From Limnothrix sp. BL-A-16 (GTDB taxonomy: Bacteria; Cyanobacteriota; Cyanobacteriia; CACIAM-69d), in NCBI GenBank assembly GCA_041937175.2, contig CP166615.1:2336001-2400000 (forward strand): a DNA stretch of 64,000 nt, in the 5' to 3' direction. The position numbers and the translations under genes are program-made. Shown one piece after another: positions 9,295 through 20,527 of the stretch. The notes under the pieces were generated by a model. The model worked only from the letters and a program-made list of their open reading frames with translations. It made no database searches and was not told the origin of the DNA. Positions within the stretch are counted from its first letter, which is position 1. Every line of letters starts with the position of its first letter.

Positions 9295-11778
9295 TTAGCG
9301 CAATTCCACTTGCAATTGCAGCGATCGCAAGTTGGCCGGAGCATTGGCCCAACGCAGCAGCACTTGCCGGAATTGGGCTGCTTGCTCAGGGGTCAGGGCA
9401 CTGGAAACCGTGTCATCCCAAACCACACCCACCACGGAACCACGTTCCAGGGTGAGGGTAACCACGAACGTCCCCCGCAGGCTAGCTGGCAAGTTGTGTT
9501 TTAGGTATTGCGTGAGCTGCTCGATCGCCTGTTGATCCAAGCCCGGGGCGCTGGCAATCTGCACCGTGGGGCCCGTTGGCAAAGGAGACGTAAGATCGCC
9601 ATTCACCTCTCCAGCGGGCGGCGGCGGGGCGATCGGGAGGGGCGCGGGTTGCCAGCCGCTGCGGCCCCCTTGGCCACCCGTGCGGCGCGGGGGAGCACCC
9701 ACCGATCGGGCCGCCTCGGAGCGATCGGCTGCCCCAAAGAACCCTTCGTAGCTGGTTCCTTCTGGCAATTCCACAGGCACGGTCACCCGCTGGGTTGAAC
9801 CATCCGGATTGACCCGCACTTCCTCACTCACGGCTACAAAGGCGGTGTATTGAGACAAAACCCGATAGGCCAAGGAGGTTTCAACCACCCGATCGACCAG
9901 GGATTTCACCTCATTGCCATAGAGCTGATTCATGAGGTCTTTGATCCGGGAGCGGGCCCACAGTTGAGCAATGGCCGGCCGATCGCTCTGGTTAAACTCC
10001 ACCTTGAACCGCTGCTCAAAGGGTTGATTACCGGCGGTTTTGCCCGTCACAATCAGGGTTCCGGGAGCACGATCGCCCTTGCGCCCAAAGATCACCAGGG
10101 GTTGCGCCGCAAACAGATCCGGCGCGGCGGCCGGATAAATTTCGGGCCCGGGGCCCGGCCCTTCCCAACGCACCCGCACTTCCGTGAGCACCGGGTTGGC
10201 AATTTGGCGAAAGAATTTTTCCACGGGGGCTTCGGTGGTTTCGTCTTGGCGCACCACTTGCAGGGTTCCGCGTCCCACTTCCGCCAGGCGATCGAGCAAA
10301 AAGCGGTTGACGGAGCTGCCCACCCCAAAGCTAAACAGCCGATTCCCGGGCTTCAGATTGCGTTGAACGCTGGCGATCACCTCCCGATCGTTGCCAATGT
10401 AGCCATCGGTCAGCAGCACCACACTCCGCAATCGCCCCGCTTCGGCCGCTGGAAACCGCAACATTTCATCAATGCCCGCTTGCAGATTAGTCCCGCCGTT
10501 GGCTTGCAGGGCTTCAACGTAGCCCAAGGCTCGCTGTCGGTTGGCGGCGGTGTTGGCCAAGGGGCGATCGGACAAGCGCGTGGCCGCATTGGCAAAGTCA
10601 ATGATCGTGAAGGTGTCGTTGGGATTCAGGCCATTGATGAAACGGCGCATCAATTCCTTGGATTTGGCCAAGGGTTGCCCCTGCTGGGAGCCGGAGGTGT
10701 CCATCAAGAACACCACGTCCTTGGGCACGATCGCCCGTTGGGGATAACCAATTGCCGGGATCAGATATAGCCCAAAGAAACCGCCCCGATCATCCCCTTG
10801 GGTGAGCACGCTGGCTTGGGTATTAGCCCCCGCCACCCGATAGCGCAGGATGAAGTCTTTGTTGGGAATCGAGTCCGCTGGGGACAGTTGCACGGCGGTG
10901 AAGCGCCCTTTGCCGGTGAAGTCGATTTTGTGGGAGGGCGATCGCACCGCCTCGATCGGCACGCCCGCATCGATCGACAGTCGGAGGATGATGTCATGGC
11001 CCGATCGACTGCCGGGGGGCAACACTGGCGGATTAATCCGCGAACCATCGGGCACTTGATCCGTGTTGCCATTGGGGTTGCCATTGGGGCCGATCGGGTT
11101 GCCGGGGTTATATCGCGGCCCCACCACCATCGGGAACACAAATTCATAATCCCCCCCTTCAAACCTCAGGGATTCGGTGTATTGAATGGTGACTTGGATC
11201 GCTTCCCCGGGACGAATGTTGGCCAAAGATTGGGTGAAAATATTATCGCGCTCTTGCTCCAGCAGTCCGGCCGTGCGCCCCTCTTGGCGGGCTTGCTCAT
11301 AAATTTGGCGGGCTTCTTCGCGGGTTTTTAAATCGCCCTTAATCACCCGATCACCAATCCGAATTTCCATATCATCCACGGCGGCATTTTCCGGCAGTGG
11401 AAAGACATAAACCGCCTCCAAAGGGCGATCGAACGGATTGGTAAAGGTCTGTTGCACCGTCACCCGCGACAGGTTGCCGGTCACCTGGGCGGTCACCTCG
11501 GTTTTATCCAACACAAACCGATCGAGCGAGCCATCGGGATTCGGGGCATAGAGACCGCCCACCGGGCGATCGGGCTGGGGCGAAACCATCGGGCGGCCCT
11601 CCGGAGGCATCCGTTGTGTTAAATGAGCAGCGGGAGCAACCGTGGGGCGAGTCATGGCATCGGTTGTGGGTATCGATCGCGCCATCACGGGTGTTGATGA
11701 TTGGACGATCACCCCGCCCGCCGCCAGCACCACCATCCACCCGATCGCCGTCATTTGCTTACTCATTTCGATCCCCAT
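9295..11778 (-). CDS. VIT + von Willebrand A domain protein with probable signal peptide
   Basis: VIT domain (LEAVYVFPLPENAAVDDMEIRIG), MIDAS DTSGS, VVLLTDGYIG, FGVGSSVNRFLL. Confidence 0.92.
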   Translation of the reverse strand: MGIEMSKQMTAIGWMVVLAAGGVIVQSSTPVMARSIPTTDAMTRPTVAPAAHLTQRMPPEGRPMVSPQPDRPVGGLYAPNPDGSLDRFVLDKTEVTAQVTGNLSRVTVQQTFTNPFDRPLEAVYVFPLPENAAVDDMEIRIGDRVIKGDLKTREEARQIYEQARQEGRTAGLLEQERDNIFTQSLANIRPGEAIQVTIQYTESLRFEGGDYEFVFPMVVGPRYNPGNPIGPNGNPNGNTDQVPDGSRINPPVLPPGSRSGHDIILRLSIDAGVPIEAVRSPSHKIDFTGKGRFTAVQLSPADSIPNKDFILRYRVAGANTQASVLTQGDDRGGFFGLYLIPAIGYPQRAIVPKDVVFLMDTSGSQQGQPLAKSKELMRRFINGLNPNDTFTIIDFANAATRLSDRPLANTAANRQRALGYVEALQANGGTNLQAGIDEMLRFPAAEAGRLRSVVLLTDGYIGNDREVIASVQRNLKPGNRLFSFGVGSSVNRFLLDRLAEVGRGTLQVVRQDETTEAPVEKFFRQIANPVLTEVRVRWEGPGPGPEIYPAAAPDLFAAQPLVIFGRKGDRAPGTLIVTGKTAGNQPFEQRFKVEFNQSDRPAIAQLWARSRIKDLMNQLYGNEVKSLVDRVVETSLAYRVLSQYTAFVAVSEEVRVNPDGSTQRVTVPVELPEGTSYEGFFGAADRSEAARSVGAPPRRTGGQGGRSGWQPAPLPIAPPPPAGEVNGDLTSPLPTGPTVQIASAPGLDQQAIEQLTQYLKHNLPASLRGTFVVTLTLERGSVVGVVWDDTVSSALTPEQAAQFRQVLLRWANAPANLRSLQLQVELR

Positions 11779-11996
11779 AGCCTCACACCGGGCCCCATTA
11801 GCAATCCGTCGCCATCCAACATTCGGGCCCGCCGGTCAACGGGCCCAACCAAACTCGACCCGGAACGACTGGCCCTCCTGTTCATGCCTTGGGGCATGTT
11901 GGGGGCGCTGTCCCGAGTCAAGGTTCTGAATGACGGTACTACTGTTGTAGTGCTTCTGTTTTAGTTCCGCGATCGTCGATCGCCCTCCGGATCCGT

Positions 11997-13355
11997 CTAG
12001 ACCCTGGTTGCACGGTTGGTGGTGCGTTCCATCTCGCGAGTCTTTTTGCCACGCCAGAAGAATTTCACCGGGGTGCCTTCAAAGCCCAATTCTTTGCGGA
12101 AATGGCCTTCGATGTAGCGGCGATAGTTGTCGTTGAACCGGTGGGGATCGTTCACAAACAGGGCGATCGCGGGTGGCTGGCTGCTGACTTGGGTTCCGTA
12201 ATAAATCTTGCCCTGCTTGCCTTGGCGAGTGGTTGGCGGCGAGTGCCAACGCAGCGCATCTTCCAACACCTCATTGATCGTGGCTGTGGAAACCCGGCGA
12301 CGATGTTGTTCAGCGGCGCGATCGACCAATTCCAAAACCTTCGGGACTCGCTGACCGGTCACGGCACTGGTGAAAATCATTTCCGCCCAATCTAGGAAAT
12401 AGAGACGGCTGCGCAATTCCCGCTCATATTCATAAATTGAGGTGGAATCCTTATCCACCGCATCCCACTTATTCACCACCAACACGCAGGCTCGCCCATC
12501 GTCCGTAATCCGGCCCGCCAGGCGCTGATCCTGCTCCGTGATGCCATCCAACACATCAATCACCAACAACACCACATCCGATCGACGGATAGCCTTAAAG
12601 GCCCGATTGATGCTGAAGAATTCCGGGCCGTAGTCGATCATCTTTTTGCGGCGAATCCCGGCGGTGTCAATCAACCGGTAGCGCTTGCCATTGCGCTCCA
12701 CCACCATATCGATCGAGTCCCGAGTGGTTCCCGAAATGGGGCTGACGATCGCCCGGTTTTCGCCCACAAAGGCATTCAACAAACTGGACTTGCCCACATT
12801 CGGCCGCCCCACGATCGCAATGTTTAATTCCGGTTCCTCCGGCAACTGATCCACGGGCGGCAGGTAACGAATCGCCGCATCCAACAAATCTCCCGTGCCG
12901 TTGCCGTGAATGCCCGACACCGCAAAGGGTTCGCCCAGTCCCAATTCCCAAAACAGGCTCGCCTGAGCCAAACCTTGATCCGGTGATTCACACTTGTTCA
13001 CCGCCAGCAACACCGGCTTCGGCTGGCGACGCAACCAATCGGCAATTTCCCGATCGGCATCGGTGGGGCCTTGCTTCCCATCCACCACAAAAATCGCCAC
13101 CGCCGCCTCCGACAGGGCCGCCATCGCCTGTTCGCGAATCAGGGGCAAAAACTCCGTGTCATCATCAAACACCAGCCCGCCCGTATCCACCACCAGGAAA
13201 TCCCGATCGCCCCAGAAAGCCGGCCGATAGGTGCGATCGCGCGTGATCCCCGGTTGGTCGAACACGATCGCTGATTGATCCCCCGCGAACCGATTCACCA
13301 GGGTCGATTTGCCCACGTTGGGCCGTCCCACGATCGCCACCACCGGAAGAGACAT
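11997..13355 (-). CDS. der: Ribosome biogenesis GTPase Der (EngA)
   Basis: Two tandem G domains (GRPNVGKS x2, DTGG/DTAG, NKCE/NKWD) and KH-like C-terminus. Confidence 0.98.
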   Translation of the reverse strand: MSLPVVAIVGRPNVGKSTLVNRFAGDQSAIVFDQPGITRDRTYRPAFWGDRDFLVVDTGGLVFDDDTEFLPLIREQAMAALSEAAVAIFVVDGKQGPTDADREIADWLRRQPKPVLLAVNKCESPDQGLAQASLFWELGLGEPFAVSGIHGNGTGDLLDAAIRYLPPVDQLPEEPELNIAIVGRPNVGKSSLLNAFVGENRAIVSPISGTTRDSIDMVVERNGKRYRLIDTAGIRRKKMIDYGPEFFSINRAFKAIRRSDVVLLVIDVLDGITEQDQRLAGRITDDGRACVLVVNKWDAVDKDSTSIYEYERELRSRLYFLDWAEMIFTSAVTGQRVPKVLELVDRAAEQHRRRVSTATINEVLEDALRWHSPPTTRQGKQGKIYYGTQVSSQPPAIALFVNDPHRFNDNYRRYIEGHFRKELGFEGTPVKFFWRGKKTREMERTTNRATRV

Positions 13356-13474
13356 ACGCCTCACCTACCGCTCTTTGTTCAAAACCAAACTAGTAATCAT
13401 AGCGCGATTTGGAAGGCGTAATTCATGATCAATTCAGGAATTCTCGGCCATTCCTGACCAGCCTCCTCAGCGCA

Positions 13475-14371
13475 CTATTCGTGTTTATGACCATCGGGCA
13501 TAATCGCCGCCGCCATCAGAGCGCCCTCAAAGGAAGCTGAGTAAAGATTCGCCCGGTGTAGATTGGCTCCTTCCAAGTTTGCTCCATGGAATTTCGCTTC
13601 TCGCAAATTTGCCATGCTCAGGTTGGCCAACATCAAATTCGCCCCAGACACATCCACTTGGCTGAGGGTCACCTCCCGCAAATCCGCTTCCCGCAAAATG
13701 GCATCTCGCAGCGTTGCCATATACAAATTGGCCCCAATCAGATTCGCCCCAATCAGGGTCGCCTCATCCAAATTGGCACTCATCAAGCTGGCCATGCAGA
13801 GGTTAGCCAAGCTGAGATTCGCCATGCGGATATTGGCGCAGTACAGGTTGGCCCCCACCAAGTTAGCCAAGCAGACGATCGCCAGGCTCAAATTTGCCTC
13901 CCGCAGGTTCGCCTCCCGCAGATCCGCCATGCCCAAGTTCGCTTCTCGCAAGTCGCAGCGGCTGAGATCCGCCTCCCGCAGCTTAATTCCCTTCAGGTTG
14001 GCCGTGTAAAGACTGGCTTCCCGCAAATCAGCGCGGCTGAAGTCCGACTCTCGCACCACACTCATGCACAGATCCGCCCGTCGCAAGGTTGCCTCGCGAA
14101 AGTCCACATGACGCATCACCGATTCCCGCAGGTTCACCCCCGATAGGTTGGCCGTGTAGAGGTTGGTTTTGCGAAGGCTGGCCCGCTGCAAATTGGCCCC
14201 TTCCAAATTCGCCATACACAAATCCGCATGGCTGAGGTCAAATTGCTGCAGGTTAACTTTGCTGAGATCGGCTTCGCGGAGGTTGGGATAGATGTTGGGG
14301 TTGGCGCGTCGCCAGCGGTTCCAAACATCTGCACCTTGCTCGATCAGCACGAGGTGCTCGGGGTTTGCCAT
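13475..14371 (-). CDS. Pentapeptide repeat protein
   Basis: WNRWRRANP N-terminal motif then continuous A(D/N)Lxx repeats; C-terminal MPDG. Confidence 0.95.
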   Translation of the reverse strand: MANPEHLVLIEQGADVWNRWRRANPNIYPNLREADLSKVNLQQFDLSHADLCMANLEGANLQRASLRKTNLYTANLSGVNLRESVMRHVDFREATLRRADLCMSVVRESDFSRADLREASLYTANLKGIKLREADLSRCDLREANLGMADLREANLREANLSLAIVCLANLVGANLYCANIRMANLSLANLCMASLMSANLDEATLIGANLIGANLYMATLRDAILREADLREVTLSQVDVSGANLMLANLSMANLREAKFHGANLEGANLHRANLYSASFEGALMAAAIMPDGHKHE

Positions 14372-15031
14372 CCTGTTGACTCCGGCTCTGAGGACGATGC
14401 AGCAAGGTGCGACAGGGAACGAGAGGGGGTTGATCGACGAAATTGAATAGATCGACGAAGAAATGGAATGGTTCTGCCCATTGGACTAAGCATATCAAGG
14501 CAATGAAGCCGTTGAAAGGCAACCCAGAGTTGGCCCTGCCTCCCATCGCCCTGGGGTGATGAAACAGTCTCCAAGGGCTTCCGTGAGCGATCTGGCTTGA
14601 CCCGATCGCCCCGCAAATTGGCCAGAAAAGTGGCTAAATCATCCGGATGACCCTTGGGCGATCGAGAAATCAGTTTTTGAAAATAGATGCACCCCAATGC
14701 CAAATCCTCAGCTCCCAATGGGAATGGGGATTTTTTTATGGGTTCGTTGGGTTGATTGAAACTCGACAGGCTCAAGCTCAGCAGCCCTAGACTCGGAAGC
14801 CGTTGCTTAACCCTGAGCTTGAAAGCCCCAGACTCGGCAGGTTAAAACGCAACGGACTTGACCATTGAACCCGAGCAACCGGCAATCCGGCAATCCGTCG
14901 TAACTGCCCAATCGATCGGCAACATTCGCTACAATCATCAATCCAGATGCGTCCACTAGTCTGACCCAGTTTGTTGGTCATCCCGCTAGTTATTCATCAT
15001 TTTATTCACTCACATACCGGAGACAGTCCCC

Positions 15032-15775
15032 TTGCTGACCCTCGGAGTCAATATTGACCACATTGCCACCATCCGCCAAGCCCGCCGCACCGTGGAGCCG
15101 GATCCGGTGGCCGCGGCTGTTTTGGCAGAATTGGGGGGCGCGGATGGGATCACGGTACACCTGCGCGAAGATCGCCGCCACATTCAAGAGCGCGATGTGC
15201 GTCTGTTGCGGCAAACGGTGCGCACCCATTTGAACTTGGAAATGGCAGCAACCGATGAGATGGTGGCGATCGCCCTGGATATCAAGCCGGATTACGTGAC
15301 CCTCGTGCCCGAGCGGCGAGAAGAGGTGACCACTGAAGGCGGCCTAGACGTGGTGGGGGCGGTCGATCGGCTCGGAGATGTGGTGGAAACCCTGCAAGAT
15401 GCCCACATTCCCGTCAGTCTGTTCATTGATGCTGACAGCAAGCAAATTGAAGCTTCTGCTAAAACCGGCGCGAAATTCATTGAGCTGCACACGGGTCGCT
15501 ATGCGGAAGCCCACAGCCCCGAAGAACGGCGCAAGGAGCTGGGAATTTTGGCCCAAGGTGCTTGGCGGGCCCGGGATGCGGGCTTGCGGGTGAATGCCGG
15601 CCATGGCTTGACCTATTGGAACACCTACGAAGTGGCCTGCATTGAGGGCATGGAAGAACTGAACATTGGCCACACGATCGTCAGTCGGGCGGCGCTGGTG
15701 GGCATGGAGCGGGCGGTGCGCGAGATGAAGGAAATTTTGCAGCGGGCAGCGTTGGATATAAAGTTTCGTCGCTAG
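15032..15775 (+). CDS. pdxJ: Pyridoxine 5'-phosphate synthase
   Basis: [45 protein letters not shown]. Confidence 0.98.
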   Translation: MLTLGVNIDHIATIRQARRTVEPDPVAAAVLAELGGADGITVHLREDRRHIQERDVRLLRQTVRTHLNLEMAATDEMVAIALDIKPDYVTLVPERREEVTTEGGLDVVGAVDRLGDVVETLQDAHIPVSLFIDADSKQIEASAKTGAKFIELHTGRYAEAHSPEERRKELGILAQGAWRARDAGLRVNAGHGLTYWNTYEVACIEGMEELNIGHTIVSRAALVGMERAVREMKEILQRAALDIKFRR

Positions 15776-15905
15776 GGGTGCGATCGCCCAACGATTCGAT
15801 CGCCAGGCCGCTAAAATGCAAAGTCGCTAGCACTTCCGCTGATTGCGCCTGTTTTCAAAATCCTTAAAATTCCTCTGGTAAACCTGCTACCTCTCCCCAA
15901 AACCG

Positions 15906-16241
15906 ATGACCACCTATCACTTCTGTTTGGCTAGCCGTCATTTTCTCCTGGAAGAAGAACCCCTTGAAGAAGTGCTCAAGGAACGGACGCGCAACTATCA
16001 TGAGCGGGAACAGGAAATTGATTTTTGGCTGGTGGAGCAACCGGCATTCCTGGAAGCTCCTGAGTTCAAGGAAATGAAGCAACAATGCCCCCAACCGTCG
16101 GCGGCGATCATTTCCACCAACCCCACCTTCATTACCTGGTTGCGGTTGCGGTTGGAATATGTGGCAACGGGCCAGTTTGAAGCGCCTTCTGAGTCGATTC
16201 CGGAACCGTTGAAGTCGTTGGCTCCCGTTTCGGCCAGCTAG
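15906..16241 (+). CDS. ycf54: Ycf54, Mg-protoporphyrin IX monomethyl ester cyclase auxiliary protein (DUF2488)
   Basis: LASRHFLLEEEPLEEVLKER...IDFWLVEQPAFLEAPE...FITWLRLRL signature. Confidence 0.93.
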   Translation: MTTYHFCLASRHFLLEEEPLEEVLKERTRNYHEREQEIDFWLVEQPAFLEAPEFKEMKQQCPQPSAAIISTNPTFITWLRLRLEYVATGQFEAPSESIPEPLKSLAPVSAS

Positions 16242-16280
16242 GTTTTGCGCCAGCGATCACGGCAAACAATACAGGGTTTA

Positions 16281-16423
16281 AGGCCTGTCGTCGTTGAGCA
16301 CGAAACCCTAGATCTGCCGTTAGCGGATCGTGGGGGACAAGGGGCTTGAGCATCTTGTTGCGACGATTAGGGCATGGAAGATCAACGGTTTCAGCATCAC
16401 CTCGAAATAATGACGACAGGCCC
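16281..16423. mobile_element. MITE-like family A copy (143 bp)
   Basis: TIR AGGCCTGTCGTC...GACGACAGGCCC, TA on both flanks, variant core CAAGGGGCTTGAGCATCTTG. Confidence 0.85.
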
Positions 16424-16657
16424 TAAGACCCCTATTCGTCTTGGCCAGGGTCAAGCGTTGGACAAGGGGGAGGATTCGACTGCGGATCCTCCCTTTTGGT
16501 GTTGATCGATGATTACTGGCTTTGATCGGTGCAGTGTGGAGGACTTGGTTTTTAGGTAGAAAGTCCGGTTTTTCCCGATCGCTCGGGTTAGGCTTGGGAG
16601 GCTGCACCCTAGATCTATCCTTCAGAATCCATCCCTCAAAACCCATCCCTCAAAACC

Positions 16658-17311
16658 ATGTTGAAACAGCGGTTATGGCGGCCCCTGTGGCAATCCTTGG
16701 CGATCGGAACCGGCCTGGCGGCGATCGCGGCCGGTGGCCTGATTCCTGCGGCCCAAGCTCAAACTCGGGAAGACTTGCCCGAGTGCGAACCGCCCCAGTC
16801 CGGTGAATTTTTGCTGTTGGTGCGCCGGGCCAGCCGGGATGTGGAAGATCGGCTTTACAAGGCGTTGCCCCAGAATGTATCGGCGGAACCCTGTCGCTAC
16901 GTGGGGGAAGCGGTGATGCGTTTGGAAGGGTTTCCCTCGTTGAACATTGCCAAGGCTTGGGCCGATTATGTGCGCGATCGCACGGGGTTGCAGGCTTTTG
17001 CGATCGAATCGCCCAGCGCGCGGGCGGCGGCGGCCTTTCAACCCACGGCGTTGGGAAATGGCTATGCGGTGTTGGTGAATTATTTTGACGATCCGACGGT
17101 GGCTCGTGAGTTACGGGATTTTCTGAGTCGGGATGTGGGGCTAGCCAGCTATGCCGATCGCCCTTATCTATTGGCATCGAGCAGCACAGACAGCAAGGCG
17201 GCGGGCGAGTTGATGCGTCGTTTGAGCGATCGGGGATTCACGGCCATGGTGGTGGACGGTCGGCAAGTGATGTTGCTGCGTCAGGCGATCGCCCTACCGG
17301 TCGATCGATAA
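16658..17311 (+). CDS. Secreted hypothetical protein
   Basis: Signal peptide ending AQA; LPECEPP...FLLLV and YAVLVNY motifs resemble a cyanobacterial hypothetical family. Confidence 0.75.
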   Translation: MLKQRLWRPLWQSLAIGTGLAAIAAGGLIPAAQAQTREDLPECEPPQSGEFLLLVRRASRDVEDRLYKALPQNVSAEPCRYVGEAVMRLEGFPSLNIAKAWADYVRDRTGLQAFAIESPSARAAAAFQPTALGNGYAVLVNYFDDPTVARELRDFLSRDVGLASYADRPYLLASSSTDSKAAGELMRRLSDRGFTAMVVDGRQVMLLRQAIALPVDR

Positions 17312-17460
17312 ACACCCTAGGAAAACTATCCCCCCAAACATCCTCCAAAACATCCCAGAGTTCTTAACCTAGAAGCATTTCAGCCCTTTCGCCCAGTCAT
17401 CCAACAGACCGTCACCCAAAACGTTACCCAAAGGCCCCCAAAAAACTTTGCCCGAGCGCT

Positions 17461-17488
17461 GAACCTTTTTCGCTAGCCCTCTGTCCAA
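17461..17488 (+). promoter_or_regulatory. Putative ECF-sigma promoter (GAACCT-N16-GTCCAA)
   Basis: Matches RpoE-type consensus GAACTT-N16-GTCnAA; lies about 90 nt upstream of the ECF sigma gene. Confidence 0.6.
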
Positions 17489-17575
17489 AGGAGCAATTCA
17501 ACCGCATTGCGAGCATGGAGGGGCTAACAAGCCGCCAGCAGCAGTGTTTCTAGGATTTCTAGGTTTAAGGGCTGA

Positions 17576-18214
17576 ATGCTGGGAAAGGCTCTCTATGCTC
17601 AATTGGGTCGCTGGCAAAGGACGGCGGTTTTGGCGGTGGCCACGGACGATCGCTCGATCGTGCAACGGGCCGCTGGCGGGGACGCACGTGCCTTTCAGCA
17701 TCTTTATCGTCAACACCAAGCTCGGGTACGCGCCACGCTCTATTCCCTCTGCGATGCGGATGGTTTAGATGATTTGGTGCAGGAGGTGTTCCTGCGGGTT
17801 TGGCGAGGGTTGCCGCGTTTTCGAGGGTCGGCCAGCTTTTCCACTTGGCTTTATCGAATCACTTGGAATGTGGCCAGCGATCGGCGGCGGGAGTTGGCCA
17901 AAAACCGCGCCCGCCGCTTGGAATCCACGGCGGATCCTGACTTGGCGGAACGGGCGATCGAACAGGCGATCGATCCCCAAACCCAAGACAAATCCCCCCT
18001 CAGCCAACTGCACTACCAAGATTTGGTGCAGCGATCGCTGGCCATTTTGGGGTTCGAGGCCCGGGCCGTTTTGGTGTTGTGTGATCTCGAAGACGTTTCG
18101 CAAAAGGAAGCGGCGGAAATTTTGGGAATTCCTGTGGGAACCGTCAAATCGCGGCTCTTTTACGCCCGGGCCCAAATTCGGCAGTTTTTGCAGCAGCAGG
18201 GGGTGGAACTATGA
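17576..18214 (+). CDS. ECF (group 4) RNA polymerase sigma factor
   Basis: Region 2 DDLVQEVFLRVWR...FSTWLYRI; region 4 EAAEILGIPVGTVKSRL. Confidence 0.95.
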   Translation: MLGKALYAQLGRWQRTAVLAVATDDRSIVQRAAGGDARAFQHLYRQHQARVRATLYSLCDADGLDDLVQEVFLRVWRGLPRFRGSASFSTWLYRITWNVASDRRRELAKNRARRLESTADPDLAERAIEQAIDPQTQDKSPLSQLHYQDLVQRSLAILGFEARAVLVLCDLEDVSQKEAAEILGIPVGTVKSRLFYARAQIRQFLQQQGVEL

Positions 18215-18741
18215 CCGATCGCCCATCTCATCCATCCGATGAGGCTAACGCTCAACCCCGCCCCGGTGGCACCCCCCGCCGGCCCGCCCATCCGGCTGCT
18301 GGCCCTTCCGGTCAGGAGGATGTCAAAGTGGTGAACTTCTTGCGCCAACATCGTCCCAGCCCACCGCCCGCCGCCCCGAGTCTGGAGCGATCGCTGCTGT
18401 TGGAAATTGAGGCCAGCCAACTGCGGGCCGCCCGCCGCCATCGGCAACTGTGGTTAGGCAGTTTGGGGGCGATCGCGATCGGCTGTTGGGCCCTCTTTCA
18501 ACAGGGCCCGGGAACTCAGGCCCCAGCCCCCAGCGTTGCGGAAGCCGATCTCGAAAGCTTCATCAACGAAACCTGGGGCGTGACCCTCGCGCCCAGCAAC
18601 GTCACCACCCAAACGGCCAGCACCGATGACTCGCTGCCCTGGAGTTTCGACCCCCACACCTGGGAAACGGAGCCAACCAAGCTGGTGAATCGATCGCTCT
18701 CGGCCATGGCGCTTCCCGATCAATGGACACCTTACCTCTAG
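18211..18741 (+). CDS. Probable membrane-anchored anti-sigma factor
   Basis: ATGA overlap with sigma gene; VVNFLRQHRPSPPPAAPSLE motif; single TM segment. Confidence 0.75.
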   Translation: MTDRPSHPSDEANAQPRPGGTPRRPAHPAAGPSGQEDVKVVNFLRQHRPSPPPAAPSLERSLLLEIEASQLRAARRHRQLWLGSLGAIAIGCWALFQQGPGTQAPAPSVAEADLESFINETWGVTLAPSNVTTQTASTDDSLPWSFDPHTWETEPTKLVNRSLSAMALPDQWTPYL

Positions 18742-18779
18742 CCCCTGATTAATCAGCATCTCTCAGGAGTTCGTCAATT

Positions 18780-19445
18780 ATGAAATTTTGGAACTTGAAT
18801 CGCCTTCAGATCACCCTCATGTCCATGGCCGCCGTTGCTGCCGTGGGGACTGCTGCCCTGGTGCCGTTGGCCAACGCCCAAGCGGGGCCCGATGATGATT
18901 GGATGTCGCAAATGGACGATCGCCCCGGCCCGGGTGGCCCCGGCGGCCCGGATGGTGGCCCTCCCGGTGGTCAACGGGGTGGTCGGGGTGGCCCCGGTGG
19001 CATGTTGCGCGACCTGAACTTGACCACCGAACAAACCCAAAAACTCGACCAAGTGCGCGAGCAATTCCGCAGCCGCATGGATCAACAAAGAACCGCGATC
19101 GACACCGTTCGCCAAGAAATGGGTCGCCTGATGGCCGGCAGCGCCAGCGCCGACCAACTGCGGCAGCAGCACAACCGCTTGCAGGCGGAAATGCAAAAAA
19201 TGGGTGATTTGCGCTTTGAAAGCATGTTGGCGATGCGGGAAATTTTGACCCCGGCCCAGCGGCAACAATTGGCTCAACGAATGCAGGAGCGCGGGCCGGG
19301 CCGGCGACATGGCGGCCCCGACGGCCAGGGTGGGCCCGGCGGTCGAGATCGGCAAGGGCAACCTAATAACCAAGGCGGCCAGGGCTGGAATCGGCAAGGA
19401 CAACCCAATAACCAAGGGCAGCCTAACAACCAACGGTCGCAATAG
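18780..19445 (+). CDS. Spy/CpxP-family periplasmic chaperone
   Basis: Signal peptide; LNLTTEQ and ILTPAQ (LTxxQ) motifs; Gly/Gln-rich termini. Confidence 0.9.
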   Translation: MKFWNLNRLQITLMSMAAVAAVGTAALVPLANAQAGPDDDWMSQMDDRPGPGGPGGPDGGPPGGQRGGRGGPGGMLRDLNLTTEQTQKLDQVREQFRSRMDQQRTAIDTVRQEMGRLMAGSASADQLRQQHNRLQAEMQKMGDLRFESMLAMREILTPAQRQQLAQRMQERGPGRRHGGPDGQGGPGGRDRQGQPNNQGGQGWNRQGQPNNQGQPNNQRSQ

Positions 19446-19778
19446 AGCCGCAATAGGTTGGTGCTCTCCAGTTGAGTCTTCAAAGCGATTTTTCTAGGGA
19501 AATTGCTAGGGATTGGTTCGGAGAGTTTCCCAACGGTTTTTCGACCATTTTCCCAGCGCCAGCCAACTTCCCAGCGTTAGCCAGCGCTGCAACCTGATAG
19601 CCGTGTAGGATCGCCTGTCCTGCGCGGTTTTCTGCTGAGAATCTTCTGCCGCGAATCTAGTGAAAATTTGGTGAACATTTGACCAATCAGGGCGATCGCG
19701 ATGTTGGGATCGTAACTGTGGTGATCACGGCGATCATGCTGCTCGTTTGCTGTTTTTCCTTGGCTTGGATCCAGCTCT

Positions 19779-20438
19779 ATGCGCTATCTCTACCTGCACG
19801 GTTTTGCTTCGGGCCCCGGTTCATTTAAGGCCAGGGCCTTGACCGATCGATTTCAACAACATCAAATCGCCCTTGAAATTCCCGACTTTAATGAGGGGGG
19901 ATTCACCGGACTGACCCTCAGCCGCCAAATTCAGCAAGTGCAAGCCCTGATTAACCAAATGCCGGAGGAACCGATCGGGCTGATTGGTTCGAGCTTTGGT
20001 GGCTTGACGGCCCTGTGGGTGGCGGAACAATGCCCCCAGGTGCAACGGTTGGGGCTGTTGGCTCCGGCCTTGGGATTTCCCCAAAGTTGGTACGATCGCC
20101 TGTCGCCGGATCAATTAGCCCAATGGCAAAGGAGTGGTCAGTTGATGGTTTACCACTACACAGCCGGGAAAGAGTTGCCCTTGGGGTTGGGCTTTTGGGA
20201 AGATGCCCAGCGCTATGATCAGCCCAAGCTTCAGCGGGTGTTGCCAACGGTGATTTTGCATGGACGGGCCGATCGCACGGTGTCGATCGAGCTGAGTCGG
20301 CAATGGGTAGCGAGCCATCCTTGGGTGGAATTCATCGAACTGGAAACGGATCACGCCATGGGCGACGCGATCGAGCCGATTTGGCAAGCAATTGAGCGAT
20401 TTTTTCAGCTCCTCAACCCTCCCCAAATACTCCATTAG
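19779..20438 (+). CDS. YqiA/YcfP-family alpha/beta hydrolase (esterase)
   Basis: YLHGFASGP, GSSFGG nucleophile elbow, ILHGRAD, TDH. Confidence 0.92.
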   Translation: MRYLYLHGFASGPGSFKARALTDRFQQHQIALEIPDFNEGGFTGLTLSRQIQQVQALINQMPEEPIGLIGSSFGGLTALWVAEQCPQVQRLGLLAPALGFPQSWYDRLSPDQLAQWQRSGQLMVYHYTAGKELPLGLGFWEDAQRYDQPKLQRVLPTVILHGRADRTVSIELSRQWVASHPWVEFIELETDHAMGDAIEPIWQAIERFFQLLNPPQILH

Positions 20439-20495
20439 TTTTGGGCTGAATAATTTTGGGCTGAATAGTTTTGGGCTGAATAGTTTTGGGCCGAA
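20436..20495. repeat. 15-bp tandem repeat x4 (TAGTTTTGGGCTGAA)
   Basis: Seen directly; begins at the esterase stop codon. Confidence 0.9.
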
Positions 20496-20527
20496 TCATT
20501 GCGGAAATCAAGAGCAAGATAGCCAGC

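Noticed and set aside
13475..14371. Highly repetitive DNA as a repeat element or diversity-generating locus
   Set aside because: Fully explained by pentapeptide-repeat coding; no reverse transcriptase or template repeat seen.
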